Source: an uncultured Anaerolineales bacterium (GTDB taxonomy: Bacteria > Chloroflexota > Anaerolineae > CG2-30-64-16). Taken from it: a stretch of DNA of 64,000 nucleotides. Positions 1 to 8,195 of this stretch are shown here, piece after piece (the first letter of the stretch is position 1; the number at the start of each line of letters is the position of its first letter). Made by a program: the position numbers and the translations under genes. The notes beneath the pieces are model-generated. The model worked only from the letters and a program-made list of their open reading frames with translations, did not search any database and was not told the DNA's origin. The stretch spans positions 43,898 through 107,897 of the forward strand of contig CAYYTK010000002.1 in assembly GCA_964474695.1 (NCBI GenBank). Reading direction: 5' to 3'.

Positions 1-308
1 GCTGCCTGCTGCTCGCTTCCCACTGGCACCGAGAGCAACGCCAACCCCAGGCGCGACGCCCAATGCTCGACGCGGCCGCCGCTGCGCAGCACCAACGCGT
101 TCAAAGCGGCCCGATCGAGATGGGCCGGCACGGCCAGAACTAGCTGACCTGGGACCGTTGCCACATCCAGGGCTTTCTCAGCGGATGAAGGAACGGGCGC
201 TACGGCTGCCACCGGCGCCGCGCGCAGCGCTGCCCAGCCCGTCACGCAAAGGAAGGTTGTCAGCGCCATACCTACGGTCAATCGGCGCCAGATTACCGGG
301 AATGTCAT
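1..308 (-). CDS. Partial CDS (N-terminal part only; the 3' end lies beyond the window start): secreted protein with signal peptide and a propeptide-like region
   Basis: Not in the ORF track because no stop falls in the window. Hand translation of the minus strand from ATG 308-306 gives MTFPVIWRRLTVGMALTTFLCVTGWAALRAAPVAAVAPVPSSAEKALDVATVPGQLVLAVPAHLDRAALNALVLRSGGRVEHWASRLGLALLSVPVGSEQQA, open to base 1. Codons are GC3-rich. GAGGTGG (complement of 315-321) lies 6 nt upstream of the ATG. The N-terminus is hydrophobic. Confidence 0.5.
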   Translation of the reverse strand, partial: MTFPVIWRRLTVGMALTTFLCVTGWAALRAAPVAAVAPVPSSAEKALDVATVPGQLVLAVPAHLDRAALNALVLRSGGRVEHWASRLGLALLSVPVGSEQQA

Positions 309-430
309 GTGATGCCACCTCAACACGGATTTGTTGATCGGCAGTATACCGCGACCCTCCACGCGCTGCAAGGGACATACAGTGCGCGTGTGCGGCGTGG
401 CGCGGCCAGAAGTCGGCCACATTGGGGGGT

Positions 431-468
431 TAAAAGCCGGGCCGGCACGTCTTTCGCCGTGCCGGCCC
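431..468 (-). terminator. Intrinsic terminator downstream of the S8 protease gene
   Basis: Perfect 11-bp stem GGGCCGGCACG (439-449) / CGTGCCGGCCC (458-468) with an 8-nt loop. Read on the minus strand, the hairpin is followed by GGCUUUUA (438-431). It lies about 60 nt after the protease stop at 528. Confidence 0.6.
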
Positions 469-527
469 CAGAAGATCATATTTCGGGCCCACGGGAACGG
501 TCAAAGACCGCTCCCGTGGCCTGGTCA

Positions 528-3500
528 TCAGGGCACGCCGTACTCAACAGTCAGCATCGGAGCCTTTTCTGGGGTCCAGTACTCACTGCTGGGCAAGCGA
601 TAGAAGGTCCAACTGTCCGGATTGATCAGCCGCAACACCACACCATTGTTGGCCGCCGGATTGGACACCCACTCTTGGACCCACGGCGTGATATCGAGCT
701 CTTTCCAGGCGCCGACATCGGTCTTCACGATGGGCGTGCTGACCGCAGTCGGAGCGAAGTCGCCGCCTTGGGTCGTCCATGGCATCTTCCAGGTCACCGT
801 GGCTTCGTTCCAGTGGGTCGTCAGCTTGTACGCGGCCAGGTCAGCCAACGTGCCGCCGCCACCGTAGGCGTCAACATACACCTTCAGCTTGGCGCTCACC
901 ACAGGGTTGACCGCCGGAATGCCGGACACGTCGAAGCCCAACACCGAACGATTGACATCGCCGCCGCCGACATAAAGGAACGGGTTGTCGCCGAAGTTGG
1001 TGGTCTTCATGCCGGAGTGAATTGTCGCATCACCCGCGGCCGCGAACTCCTCTATCACGGTGCCGGTCGTGATGTTGTGCAGGCGCACCGGGATGGACAG
1101 GGCGCCAGAAGCGCCGGGCGGGCCCGCCAGGATGAGGCCAAATGCCTCCTCACCGACGGCCAGCGGCGCATCCAGCATCCAGTCCACGTTGAAGTTGATC
1201 GGGGTGTTGGGCTGATACGGGCCAGCCGGCAGATCGACGACCGTCAGATCGGTGCCCTGGATGACGTTGATGGTGATGTCAAACACGTCACCGACCGCGG
1301 CGCCCCAGCCGTGCACGGCCGCCAGGTACTCCCCATCGGCCGGGAAGGTCAGCTTGACATACTCGTTGGCGGTGCTGGTCGTGGAGGAGCCAACTCTCTC
1401 AGTGTTGAAATCGAAGTTCCCATCGGCATTGGCATCGTAGAGCAAGAACAGATCGAGATCGCCATCGGCCGCGGACGTCGTGACCTCAAGCAGCGCGCCA
1501 TTCACGATGGAGATCGGGAACGTGTAGCTTGCCGTACTGGGATCATCCGGGTCATCCTGGACCTGCGGCAGCGTCTGCGTCTCAGGCACGCCCAAGCCGA
1601 AGGCGGCAGCATCCAGGCCGACCAGCGGCAGCGAAGATTGAACCAACATCGGGAAGCTGCCGGCTGTCGCGTTGCCCACGAAGATGTCGACCGGGTTCGG
1701 GTTGGCCATGATGGTGCCCGCCTGACCAACAAAGTCCTCCTCGGTCTCGGACCCGTCGAACATGACATTCTGCAGCGCCACCAGGTTGAGGCCTGGGGTC
1801 ACCGGCGCGGCCACGATTTCGCGCGGGCCGCCGGTGGCAGTCTGATAGGTCCAGATGCCGGCGCTCCGGTTCAGCCGAGCGCTGCCGCCCGTCCAATAGA
1901 GGCTGTACGGGCCGTAGTCATCTTCAGAGCCGGGGAAGATTGAGAAGGGATCCTCGCAGCCGACGCCGTTGCTGAAGCAGTCTTCGGTGGGCCCCATCAC
2001 GAGGGTATCGATGTCCGTATGTGCGCCGCTCCAGCGCGTGTCGATCAGCAGGGCGGTGCCTGCCGGCGTGCTGTCCGGCACATCCATGAAGTAGAAGCGC
2101 CAGTCGCCGTCCGCCTGGTTGCTGGTCCAGTCGAAGTAACCGTTGACCTTGCCGTTGTCGTAAGGTGTCTTGTTATCGGGCGGGCCGCCGAACACGAAGT
2201 CGGTGCTAAAGGCCGCCACATTGACAACCACCGGCACGTTGGTTACGTTGGCGCCATCGTCCAGGCGCAGCGACGCCTCGTACAGGCCGAGGTTGGCCAA
2301 CGCAGGCACGGCTACGGTCGCTTCAAAGGTGGCTGAGCCGCCCGCGGGCACCGTGACGGAAGCCGGCGCAGTCAGCCACGCGAAGTCCATATGCTTGTAG
2401 AAGTTAAGCCTGATCTTCAGGTGCGTGATGGGCACCGTGGCCGATCGCGTGCGGTGGCTGATGCCGACAAAGATACCGTCGTGCATGCGCTCCAACGGCA
2501 GCTTCACACGCGTCTCCATGGTTGTACCAGTGTCGTAACCGTAGCCAAACCGCAGGTACTCGTTAGCCTGGATCTCGCAGGCCGGATCATCGAAGTTGGG
2601 GACGCCGCCCACAATCGGGCAGTTGATCGCGCCATTGGCGTCGAGATCCGTGTAAAGCACGCCGTCACCGTTGAGGTCGGTCCAATCGGTGGGCACAACG
2701 CGCCAGCGCGAGTTGTACGCGTAGTTGCCGTCCGGGTCGAACTCAGCGAACGGATGCACCAGCTCGACTTCCATCAACGCCGTGCCGGCCGGGATGTAGG
2801 GTTCGATGTCAATCAGGTAATCCGGCATGTAGAAGCTGGCCGTTTCCTTGCTCCGATTGACGGTGGTGAAGTCGATCTCCTTCTGCCCGATCCGCACCAG
2901 TTGATCATCGCTGACTGCGACCGTTGCATCAACAGCGCCGGGGTTGAAGACCGTGAATTCCTCAGTTGCGGTCTGGCCCTGGTGCATGATGCTGGCAAAG
3001 GCCGGGTAATCGACGCCGCGGAAGTCACCGAAGGTAACGCTGTCAGGGGTGACATACACGCCGCCCAGGCCGGCCGCGATCTTCACGGTGCGCTCTGCAT
3101 TGACCGTGCCAGCGCCTTCGATGAAGCCGTCATTGTGCGCGCTGTCAGCGCCGGACATCAACAGAGCCCGCGCCTCGACGTTGGTGGGCCAGACGCCGTT
3201 CTTTTGTTTGAACGCCTGCATCGCCAGCGCGAGGTTACCCATGGCCACCGGCGTCGAGCGGCTCGTGCCGCCCCAGCTTTCCCAGGCGTACCAGCCGTCC
3301 ACGCCATATGACAGCAAGGCCTCGGTGAGCGGCATGTCGCCGGCACCCCAGGCGCCGTTGGCCATCACCGAGATGCCGTTCTCGCCCTGGGCCGTGGGGC
3401 CGTTAGAGGAGAAGCTCTGGGCATCGTTGTAGAGAATCTGATCCTGCGTCAAGGGATCTTCGAAGGTGCCAGTGGTGGAGCCGTAGAGGGTGGATGCACC

Positions 3501-5225
3501 CACCGAGATGGCCAGGTTGGAACCCGGAGACGTCACACTACCGTAGGCCGAACCATAGTTGCCACTGGAGTTGCCCTCGACCAGGTACGGATTCAGGTAG
3601 CGCTCGATCAAGTCGTAGAGGCGGGATTCGTAGTCCCAACCGTCGTTGACGATGCTGCCGCTGCCCCAGCTATTGCTGATGATCTGGATGTCGTCCTCGG
3701 TGCCGGGATAGCCATCATAGCCCATCGCGGCGAACAGGAAGCCGTCCGTAAAAGCCGCCGCGGTGGTGTAGCCATCGCCGTTGGAGGTGAGTTTGACGTT
3801 CTTGCCGCCACCCTGCACCATGCCGGTGCCCGGCGTGCCATCGCCTGCAGGCTTGTAAGGAGGCGAATCGCCGTCGATGACGCCCTGCGCTGCAACACCG
3901 GAGGCACACAGCGTACCATGGTTGCCGCCGCTGCCCTCATACCAGTCATTGATCGAGAAGGCGACCAGGTCGCCTGGCCCGGCCGCGTCTGGCCCGATGC
4001 CCCACATCCAGTCGGAGGCCGGCAGCGAGTTCACGCCATCGCTGATCCAGTAGATGATACCGCCGGACAGATCCGCAACGCCATCACCGTTGAGATCGCT
4101 GTAAACGTACTCGTCGCCCTTAACCGCCTTCTTGTCGTTGGTGAAGTTGTAATCGGCATCCAGGTCGACGTAGACGGTGTCATACACGCCCGCTTCGTTC
4201 TCGTCCACGACCAGCACGGCCACGCGCTCATCGAACGCAGCCTGGTAAACGGTGTCGGGATGCGAGCCGAAGTGATACACGCCGCTCAAGCTGGTGGCCG
4301 GGAACGTGTAGATATGTCCACCGGGATCGGTGCTGCCGATGGGTGCAAAGACGGCGCTGTAGGTGCCGTCACCGTTGTCGACCAAGTCACCGTCAGAGCG
4401 GGTCGCACTGGTGTCAGCGTAGTCCGGCGCAAGGCCGAAGATACCCACGCCGCTCGACAAGTAGTCCGTGCCCAAGAAATAGTCATAGGCCAGGTTCAAC
4501 ATCGAGAAGGAGTCGAACATCTCAGGCCAGCCCAAGTAGGGTGACTCAGGGTCGGTGACCCGTGCAATCGTGCCCTGCAAGTCCGGATGGGAGAAGTCCG
4601 TACCGGTGTCATTAACCATGACCTTGACGCCCTCGCCGGTGTAGCCCAGATCCCAGGCCGCTTTGGATTTGTGGACGTCAAGCACGTCGAACCAGTCTGT
4701 GATGCCAGCCGGATCGACCACTGGCCTGGCGACGACCTGCCCTGCCTGCGCCTTCAGCGCAGCAACGCGGTCGCGGGCTTGGGACAGATCGGCAACACCC
4801 GCCAGATGCTTTATCCCGAGATCCGGAATCGTCGGGGCATCACCGGTGTAGCGCAAGCTCTGGATCGCCGCTACTTCGGACAGCGAAGCCAACTTGCCCA
4901 TCTGGGCAGCTTTCACCTGGCCGAAATAGGTCTGAGTGCCGTTGGGAAGCACGAAGGGGCGAACCAAAACATTCGCCACGTAGCGGCTGAGGTCAGTGCC
5001 CTGCCTGGCATGCACGATGATGTCGAAAACATCGGTCGGCGCGGCGGCCGCAACAGCCGTCTGAAGTGTGGGATGGATCTTACTGGCGACGCTGTCGCCG
5101 GCAGTGACAACGCTACCTTGGGCAGCATTAGCAGTCGGTGCTGCGCCCGAGGGCGTCAAGAACAGAGGCACTGCCAGGATGAGGATCAACAGGAACGCCG
5201 TGAGCTTAGGTGTTTTTGCACTCAC
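528..5225 (-). CDS. Very large secreted subtilisin-like serine protease (peptidase S8) with a C-terminal DNRLRE-like domain
   Basis: S8 catalytic triad motifs are present: NDTGTDFSHPDL (Asp), GNHGTLCASGVAA (His) and GGTSRSTPVAMG (Ser). The C-terminal ~170 aa (TTNFGDNPFLYVGGGDVNRSVLGFDVSGIP...HWNEATVTWK) resembles the DNRLRE-type module. I prefer the GTG start at 5225 (VSAKTPKLTAFLLILILAVPLF..., a good signal peptide), preceded by AAGGAGAAGG with 5-nt spacing. The track start at 5279 adds 18 aa with no RBS. Confidence 0.9.
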   Translation of the reverse strand: MSAKTPKLTAFLLILILAVPLFLTPSGAAPTANAAQGSVVTAGDSVASKIHPTLQTAVAAAAPTDVFDIIVHARQGTDLSRYVANVLVRPFVLPNGTQTYFGQVKAAQMGKLASLSEVAAIQSLRYTGDAPTIPDLGIKHLAGVADLSQARDRVAALKAQAGQVVARPVVDPAGITDWFDVLDVHKSKAAWDLGYTGEGVKVMVNDTGTDFSHPDLQGTIARVTDPESPYLGWPEMFDSFSMLNLAYDYFLGTDYLSSGVGIFGLAPDYADTSATRSDGDLVDNGDGTYSAVFAPIGSTDPGGHIYTFPATSLSGVYHFGSHPDTVYQAAFDERVAVLVVDENEAGVYDTVYVDLDADYNFTNDKKAVKGDEYVYSDLNGDGVADLSGGIIYWISDGVNSLPASDWMWGIGPDAAGPGDLVAFSINDWYEGSGGNHGTLCASGVAAQGVIDGDSPPYKPAGDGTPGTGMVQGGGKNVKLTSNGDGYTTAAAFTDGFLFAAMGYDGYPGTEDDIQIISNSWGSGSIVNDGWDYESRLYDLIERYLNPYLVEGNSSGNYGSAYGSVTSPGSNLAISVGASTLYGSTTGTFEDPLTQDQILYNDAQSFSSNGPTAQGENGISVMANGAWGAGDMPLTEALLSYGVDGWYAWESWGGTSRSTPVAMGNLALAMQAFKQKNGVWPTNVEARALLMSGADSAHNDGFIEGAGTVNAERTVKIAAGLGGVYVTPDSVTFGDFRGVDYPAFASIMHQGQTATEEFTVFNPGAVDATVAVSDDQLVRIGQKEIDFTTVNRSKETASFYMPDYLIDIEPYIPAGTALMEVELVHPFAEFDPDGNYAYNSRWRVVPTDWTDLNGDGVLYTDLDANGAINCPIVGGVPNFDDPACEIQANEYLRFGYGYDTGTTMETRVKLPLERMHDGIFVGISHRTRSATVPITHLKIRLNFYKHMDFAWLTAPASVTVPAGGSATFEATVAVPALANLGLYEASLRLDDGANVTNVPVVVNVAAFSTDFVFGGPPDNKTPYDNGKVNGYFDWTSNQADGDWRFYFMDVPDSTPAGTALLIDTRWSGAHTDIDTLVMGPTEDCFSNGVGCEDPFSIFPGSEDDYGPYSLYWTGGSARLNRSAGIWTYQTATGGPREIVAAPVTPGLNLVALQNVMFDGSETEEDFVGQAGTIMANPNPVDIFVGNATAGSFPMLVQSSLPLVGLDAAAFGLGVPETQTLPQVQDDPDDPSTASYTFPISIVNGALLEVTTSAADGDLDLFLLYDANADGNFDFNTERVGSSTTSTANEYVKLTFPADGEYLAAVHGWGAAVGDVFDITINVIQGTDLTVVDLPAGPYQPNTPINFNVDWMLDAPLAVGEEAFGLILAGPPGASGALSIPVRLHNITTGTVIEEFAAAGDATIHSGMKTTNFGDNPFLYVGGGDVNRSVLGFDVSGIPAVNPVVSAKLKVYVDAYGGGGTLADLAAYKLTTHWNEATVTWKMPWTTQGGDFAPTAVSTPIVKTDVGAWKELDITPWVQEWVSNPAANNGVVLRLINPDSWTFYRLPSSEYWTPEKAPMLTVEYGVP

Positions 5226-5504
5226 AGTACCCTTCTCCTTTTCTGAAATGATAGATCGTACAACGGTGGATGCGCACAAACTGGACCAAGTGAGGAACTC
5301 GCTATATCCTTGCTACCTCCTTTCGCAGGTAGAAAACTGTCCTGCCTGGGTTCGAGAGTGCGTCCGGACGCCTTACGCACAAAGGTAGAGAAGCGTTCCC
5401 TGGCCTCAATCACCAACATCCGGCCAGGTGAGGAACTGGGCGCCGGCCTCAACTCCAAGCGTTGCGCGTAACTGCCGGCATGCGCGTCACGCCACGACTA
5501 TTCA

Positions 5505-5533
5505 ATTATAGACCGCAGAAGCGGAGTTGTCAA
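5505..5533 (-). promoter_or_regulatory. Consensus sigma-70-type promoter for the S8 protease gene
   Basis: The minus strand reads TTGACA (5533-5528), exactly 17 nt, then TATAAT (5510-5505). It lies 40 nt downstream of the preceding gene's stop and about 270 nt upstream of the protease start. Confidence 0.6.
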
Positions 5534-5573
5534 TCTTTTAAATGCAAAACCCTCGATATTGTTTTGGGGCGCT

Positions 5574-6278
5574 TCACTCGGTCCACACCAGCCGCCCACA
5601 GTTACCGCAGTAGACCAACTCATCACCCTCCAGCGCGGCGGCGAACTTGCTGGCGGGGATAGACACACGACATGCACTGCACATGTCGTCATCAAGCTCG
5701 GCCACAGCGCGGCCGCCCTTGCGCGGCCGCAGGTTGTCGTAGATCGGAAACAGATGGGGCGGGACGGCCTGGCGGGCCGCGGCCTGACGAGCCTGCAAGG
5801 CCGGCAGGCGAGCCTTGAGTTGAGCCTGGTCACGGCGCAGCACTGCCTGCGTCTCCTCCCACCCGGTTGACAGACGCGTCAGCTCGGCCAGGCGATCGGC
5901 ATGCAGCCGGGCCGCTGTTTCTGCGACAAGCAGCGCCTCCAGCAAGCGCTCCTCAAGGTGAGCCCGCTGATTACGCTGCTGCAGCAGGTCGCGTTCGGCG
6001 TCCTCCAACTCGCGCGAGTTGCGAATCTGCCCGCTGTACAGCTTCTGCTCGGTGCGCTTGATCTTCTCGTCGATGTCCGCCTCAGTCAACTCCAGATTAC
6101 GCTGGGCCTGACGGCAGCGAGCCAGCTCGGCTTCAGCTTCGACATGGGCTTGCCGCGCTGCAACCAGCGCAGCCGGCTCATGCAACGCCGCGGCGATTTC
6201 AACCAGGCGCGCCTTGACTGCATCGAGCGCCAAATCAGCCTCATTCAGTCGGGCAAGCAAAACAACAGGGCGGGTCAT
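5574..6278 (-). CDS. Coiled-coil protein with C-terminal C4 zinc ribbon (COG1579/DUF164-like)
   Basis: Long heptad-rich helical body, then CSACRVSIPASKF...YCGNCGRLV at the C-terminus. I chose the start at ATG 6278 (MTRPVVLLARLNEADL) because AGGAGG lies 7 nt upstream. The track start at 6344 lacks an RBS. Confidence 0.75.
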   Translation of the reverse strand: MTRPVVLLARLNEADLALDAVKARLVEIAAALHEPAALVAARQAHVEAEAELARCRQAQRNLELTEADIDEKIKRTEQKLYSGQIRNSRELEDAERDLLQQRNQRAHLEERLLEALLVAETAARLHADRLAELTRLSTGWEETQAVLRRDQAQLKARLPALQARQAAARQAVPPHLFPIYDNLRPRKGGRAVAELDDDMCSACRVSIPASKFAAALEGDELVYCGNCGRLVWTE

Positions 6279-6405
6279 GGGAACCTCCTGATATGAACGT
6301 GACAGATGGATTATACCCCAGATAGGCTCGCTGGACAACAGCAAAAGACCACGGAGATGAGATGCTGAGCGCAGCCTGCCTTGACTAGCGTCTGGCGCGG
6401 GGTTG

Positions 6406-6414
6406 TGCTAGAAT
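6406..6414 (+). promoter_or_regulatory. Extended -10 element (TGcTAGAAT) upstream of the pilin-like ORF
   Basis: TG at 6406-6407, one spacer base, then TAGAAT at 6409-6414, about 35 nt before the ATG at 6450. No properly spaced -35 is present: TTGACT at 6381 is 22 nt away. Confidence 0.3.
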
Positions 6415-6449
6415 AGCCGGGTAGATCTTTCAATGAGGAACGCTAGACA

Positions 6450-6605
6450 ATGCGCAATCAAGGCTCCAGCGCCAGCCTGATCGAGTTAGCCCTGATTATC
6501 GTGCTGATCGCCATTATCATCATGGCCATCCTGTTGATCGTGGGCGACGATCTGCGCCTGTGGGTCATCAACACCATCCAGAGACTCTTCGCCGGCGGCG
6601 CATAA
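6450..6605 (+). CDS. Small Flp/Fap-type (type IVb) pilin-like protein, 51 aa
   Basis: Below the track's size cut-off. It translates to MRNQGSSASLIELALIIVLIAIIIMAILLIVGDDLRLWVINTIQRLFAGGA: a short polar leader ending in Gly/Ser, an IE-containing hydrophobic helix and a short tail, as in Flp prepilins (G/xxxxEY-type). GAGGA lies 10 nt upstream. The gene ends 21 nt before comF. Confidence 0.5.
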   Translation: MRNQGSSASLIELALIIVLIAIIIMAILLIVGDDLRLWVINTIQRLFAGGA

Positions 6606-6626
6606 TCAGCTCAGGGATACGGGCGC

Positions 6627-7433
6627 ATGGCAAACACGGCTCCCCTGAATCGTGATCTGCGGCAGCACCTGGGGAACGCGCTGCGCGACTGCGGTCAGTG
6701 GTTGCTCGATCTGCTCTATCCGCCGCGCTGTGCGGGCTGCGGCCGGATGGGAGAGCTGCTCTGTGCTGCGTGTCAGGCGCGGATCGAAGCCCCCCCGGCC
6801 CTGGCTTGCCGCCGGTGCGGCCGGCCGGGAAGTGACGATCGTGCCTGCCCAAGCTGCCTGGCCACCCCATCGCATCTCGACCGCATTGCTGCCGCCGCGA
6901 TCTTCGCCTCCCCCCTGCGCGAAGCCATTCATCACTTGAAATACGATAACGGCCGCATTCTGGCCGGCCCCCTGGCCGTTCTCATGATCGCCGCCTGGCC
7001 GCGGGTCGGGTCGCCGGCGGATCTGATTGTGCCGGTCCCGCTGCATCGCTCGCGGCTGCGCGAACGCGGTTACAACCAATCCGCTTTGCTGGCCCGTGCG
7101 CTGGGCCAAGCCGTGGGCTTGCCAGTAGATGAGAGAGCGTTGGTGCGCTCACGCGCAACACGCCAACAAGTCGGGCTGGGGCGCGCAGAACGTGCCCAAA
7201 ACGTGGCCGGTGCATTCACCTGTCTCGGCGAATGCACCGGGCAACGGATCGTGCTGGTCGACGACGTCTGCACGACGGGAAGCACTTTGGAAGCCTGCGC
7301 CCACGCGTTACGCAGTGCAGGTGCGATTTCGGTATGGGCGTTCACGCTTGCTCGGGTGCGCTGGGATCCGACCTGCCCTCCTGAGCACGCGGACGCTCCC
7401 GCGCCTTTTCCGGGCGCTGCTGTTGACTTTTGA
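6627..7433 (+). CDS. comF: ComF family protein (double zinc ribbon plus phosphoribosyltransferase domain)
   Basis: N-terminal CAGCG...CAACQ / CRRCG...CPSC zinc ribbons, RGYNQSALLA, and the PRTase motif VLVDDVCTTGSTLEAC. Confidence 0.85.
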   Translation: MANTAPLNRDLRQHLGNALRDCGQWLLDLLYPPRCAGCGRMGELLCAACQARIEAPPALACRRCGRPGSDDRACPSCLATPSHLDRIAAAAIFASPLREAIHHLKYDNGRILAGPLAVLMIAAWPRVGSPADLIVPVPLHRSRLRERGYNQSALLARALGQAVGLPVDERALVRSRATRQQVGLGRAERAQNVAGAFTCLGECTGQRIVLVDDVCTTGSTLEACAHALRSAGAISVWAFTLARVRWDPTCPPEHADAPAPFPGAAVDF

Positions 7434-7451
7434 TATGACTGGCGCTACAAT
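7423..7451 (+). promoter_or_regulatory. Sigma-70-type promoter for hpf
   Basis: TTGACT (7423-7428), 17 nt, then TACAAT (7446-7451). It overlaps the 3' end of comF and leaves a leader of about 115 nt before the hpf ATG (7573), which has an AAGGAG RBS. Confidence 0.6.
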
Positions 7452-7572
7452 CAAGCCATCCACATCCGGCGGCCAATTCGGCCAGACAGTCAAGCTAGAC
7501 TTTTCGGCTACCCCGTAAGCTGACCGTCCGGCAATCTGGCGCCGCCACGATCACGGAAAGGAGCTCAGAACT

Positions 7573-8133
7573 ATGCAACTCAGCATCACCGGCAAAAACA
7601 TCGAGATCAATGACAACCTACGCAAGTACGTCGAGAAGAAAATCGGCCGGCTGGATCGCTTTCTGCCCAACATCATCGATGGCCGCGTCGAACTTTCGGT
7701 CGCTGAGGGAGCTCGCGCCGCGGAGGACCGCCAAATCGCGCAAGTGACCTTGCGCACGAAGAACGCTGTCCTCAGGGCTGAAGAGGCGTCATCCGACATA
7801 TTTGCATCAGTCGATGCTGTCTTTGAAAAGATGCAGCGCCAGGTGGACCGGCTGAAGGGTAAACGCTGGGCCAAGCGAACAGAAGGCAGCGAGCTGGAAG
7901 CCCCCCTGGCAGGGGAACCGGTCGAAGAGGAGGAAGCCGCCGAGGAACGAAAGGGCGTCAGCCGCGTGAAACAATTCCACATGGTGCCCATGGACGAGGA
8001 AGAAGCTATCGAACAGATGGAGCTCTTGGGACACAATTTCTACGTGTTCTTCAACGTCAACCAAAACCAGATCAACGTCCTTTACCGTCGCCGCGGCGGC
8101 GATTACGGGCTCATTCAACCTGAGCTGGCCTGA
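7573..8133 (+). CDS. hpf: Ribosome hibernation-promoting factor, long form
   Basis: MQLSITGKNIEINDNLRKYVEKKIGRLDRF is the typical S30AE/HPF N-terminus. An acidic linker is followed by the C-terminal dimerisation domain (HMVPMDEEEAIEQMELLGHNFYVFFN). Confidence 0.9.
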   Translation: MQLSITGKNIEINDNLRKYVEKKIGRLDRFLPNIIDGRVELSVAEGARAAEDRQIAQVTLRTKNAVLRAEEASSDIFASVDAVFEKMQRQVDRLKGKRWAKRTEGSELEAPLAGEPVEEEEAAEERKGVSRVKQFHMVPMDEEEAIEQMELLGHNFYVFFNVNQNQINVLYRRRGGDYGLIQPELA

Positions 8134-8142
8134 GCACCTTCG

Positions 8143-8179
8143 CTGGGCGATGGGCCATTTCCGATGGCCCATCGCCCAG
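8143..8179. repeat. Perfect 16-bp inverted repeat (hairpin) between hpf and the phosphatase gene
   Basis: CTGGGCGATGGGCCAT (8143-8158), 5-nt loop TTCCG, then ATGGCCCATCGCCCAG (8164-8179). It starts 10 nt after the hpf stop and ends 16 nt before the next ATG. No clear U-tract follows. Confidence 0.8.
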
Positions 8180-8195
8180 TCCTTCATCCGCTTCC

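Noticed and set aside
178-420. 80-aa minus-strand ORF from the track
   Set aside because: It overlaps, out of frame, the better-supported partial ORF at 1-308 (RBS, signal peptide, GC3-rich codons). It has mixed third-position composition and no recognisable motif or RBS.
309-1943. 544-aa plus-strand ORF antisense to the S8 protease. Similar long antisense ORFs include 2391-3311, 11063-12043, 12139-13335, 14743-15789, 21225-22529, 24293-25303, 39673-40389 and 42958-43800.
   Set aside because: These are typical high-GC antisense open frames: Arg/Gly/His/Pro-rich, with no motifs, and each fully covered by an opposite-strand gene that has clear family signatures.
5340-5365. GGTTCGAG, resembling a tRNA T-loop, in the protease leader
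   Set aside because: No flanking T-stem complementarity and no acceptor or anticodon arms could be drawn. I found no tRNA-like cloverleaf anywhere in the intergenic regions.
6381-6386. TTGACT as the -35 element for the pilin-like ORF promoter
   Set aside because: The spacing to the TAGAAT hexamer is 22 nt, which is too long. Only the extended -10 element is retained, at low confidence.
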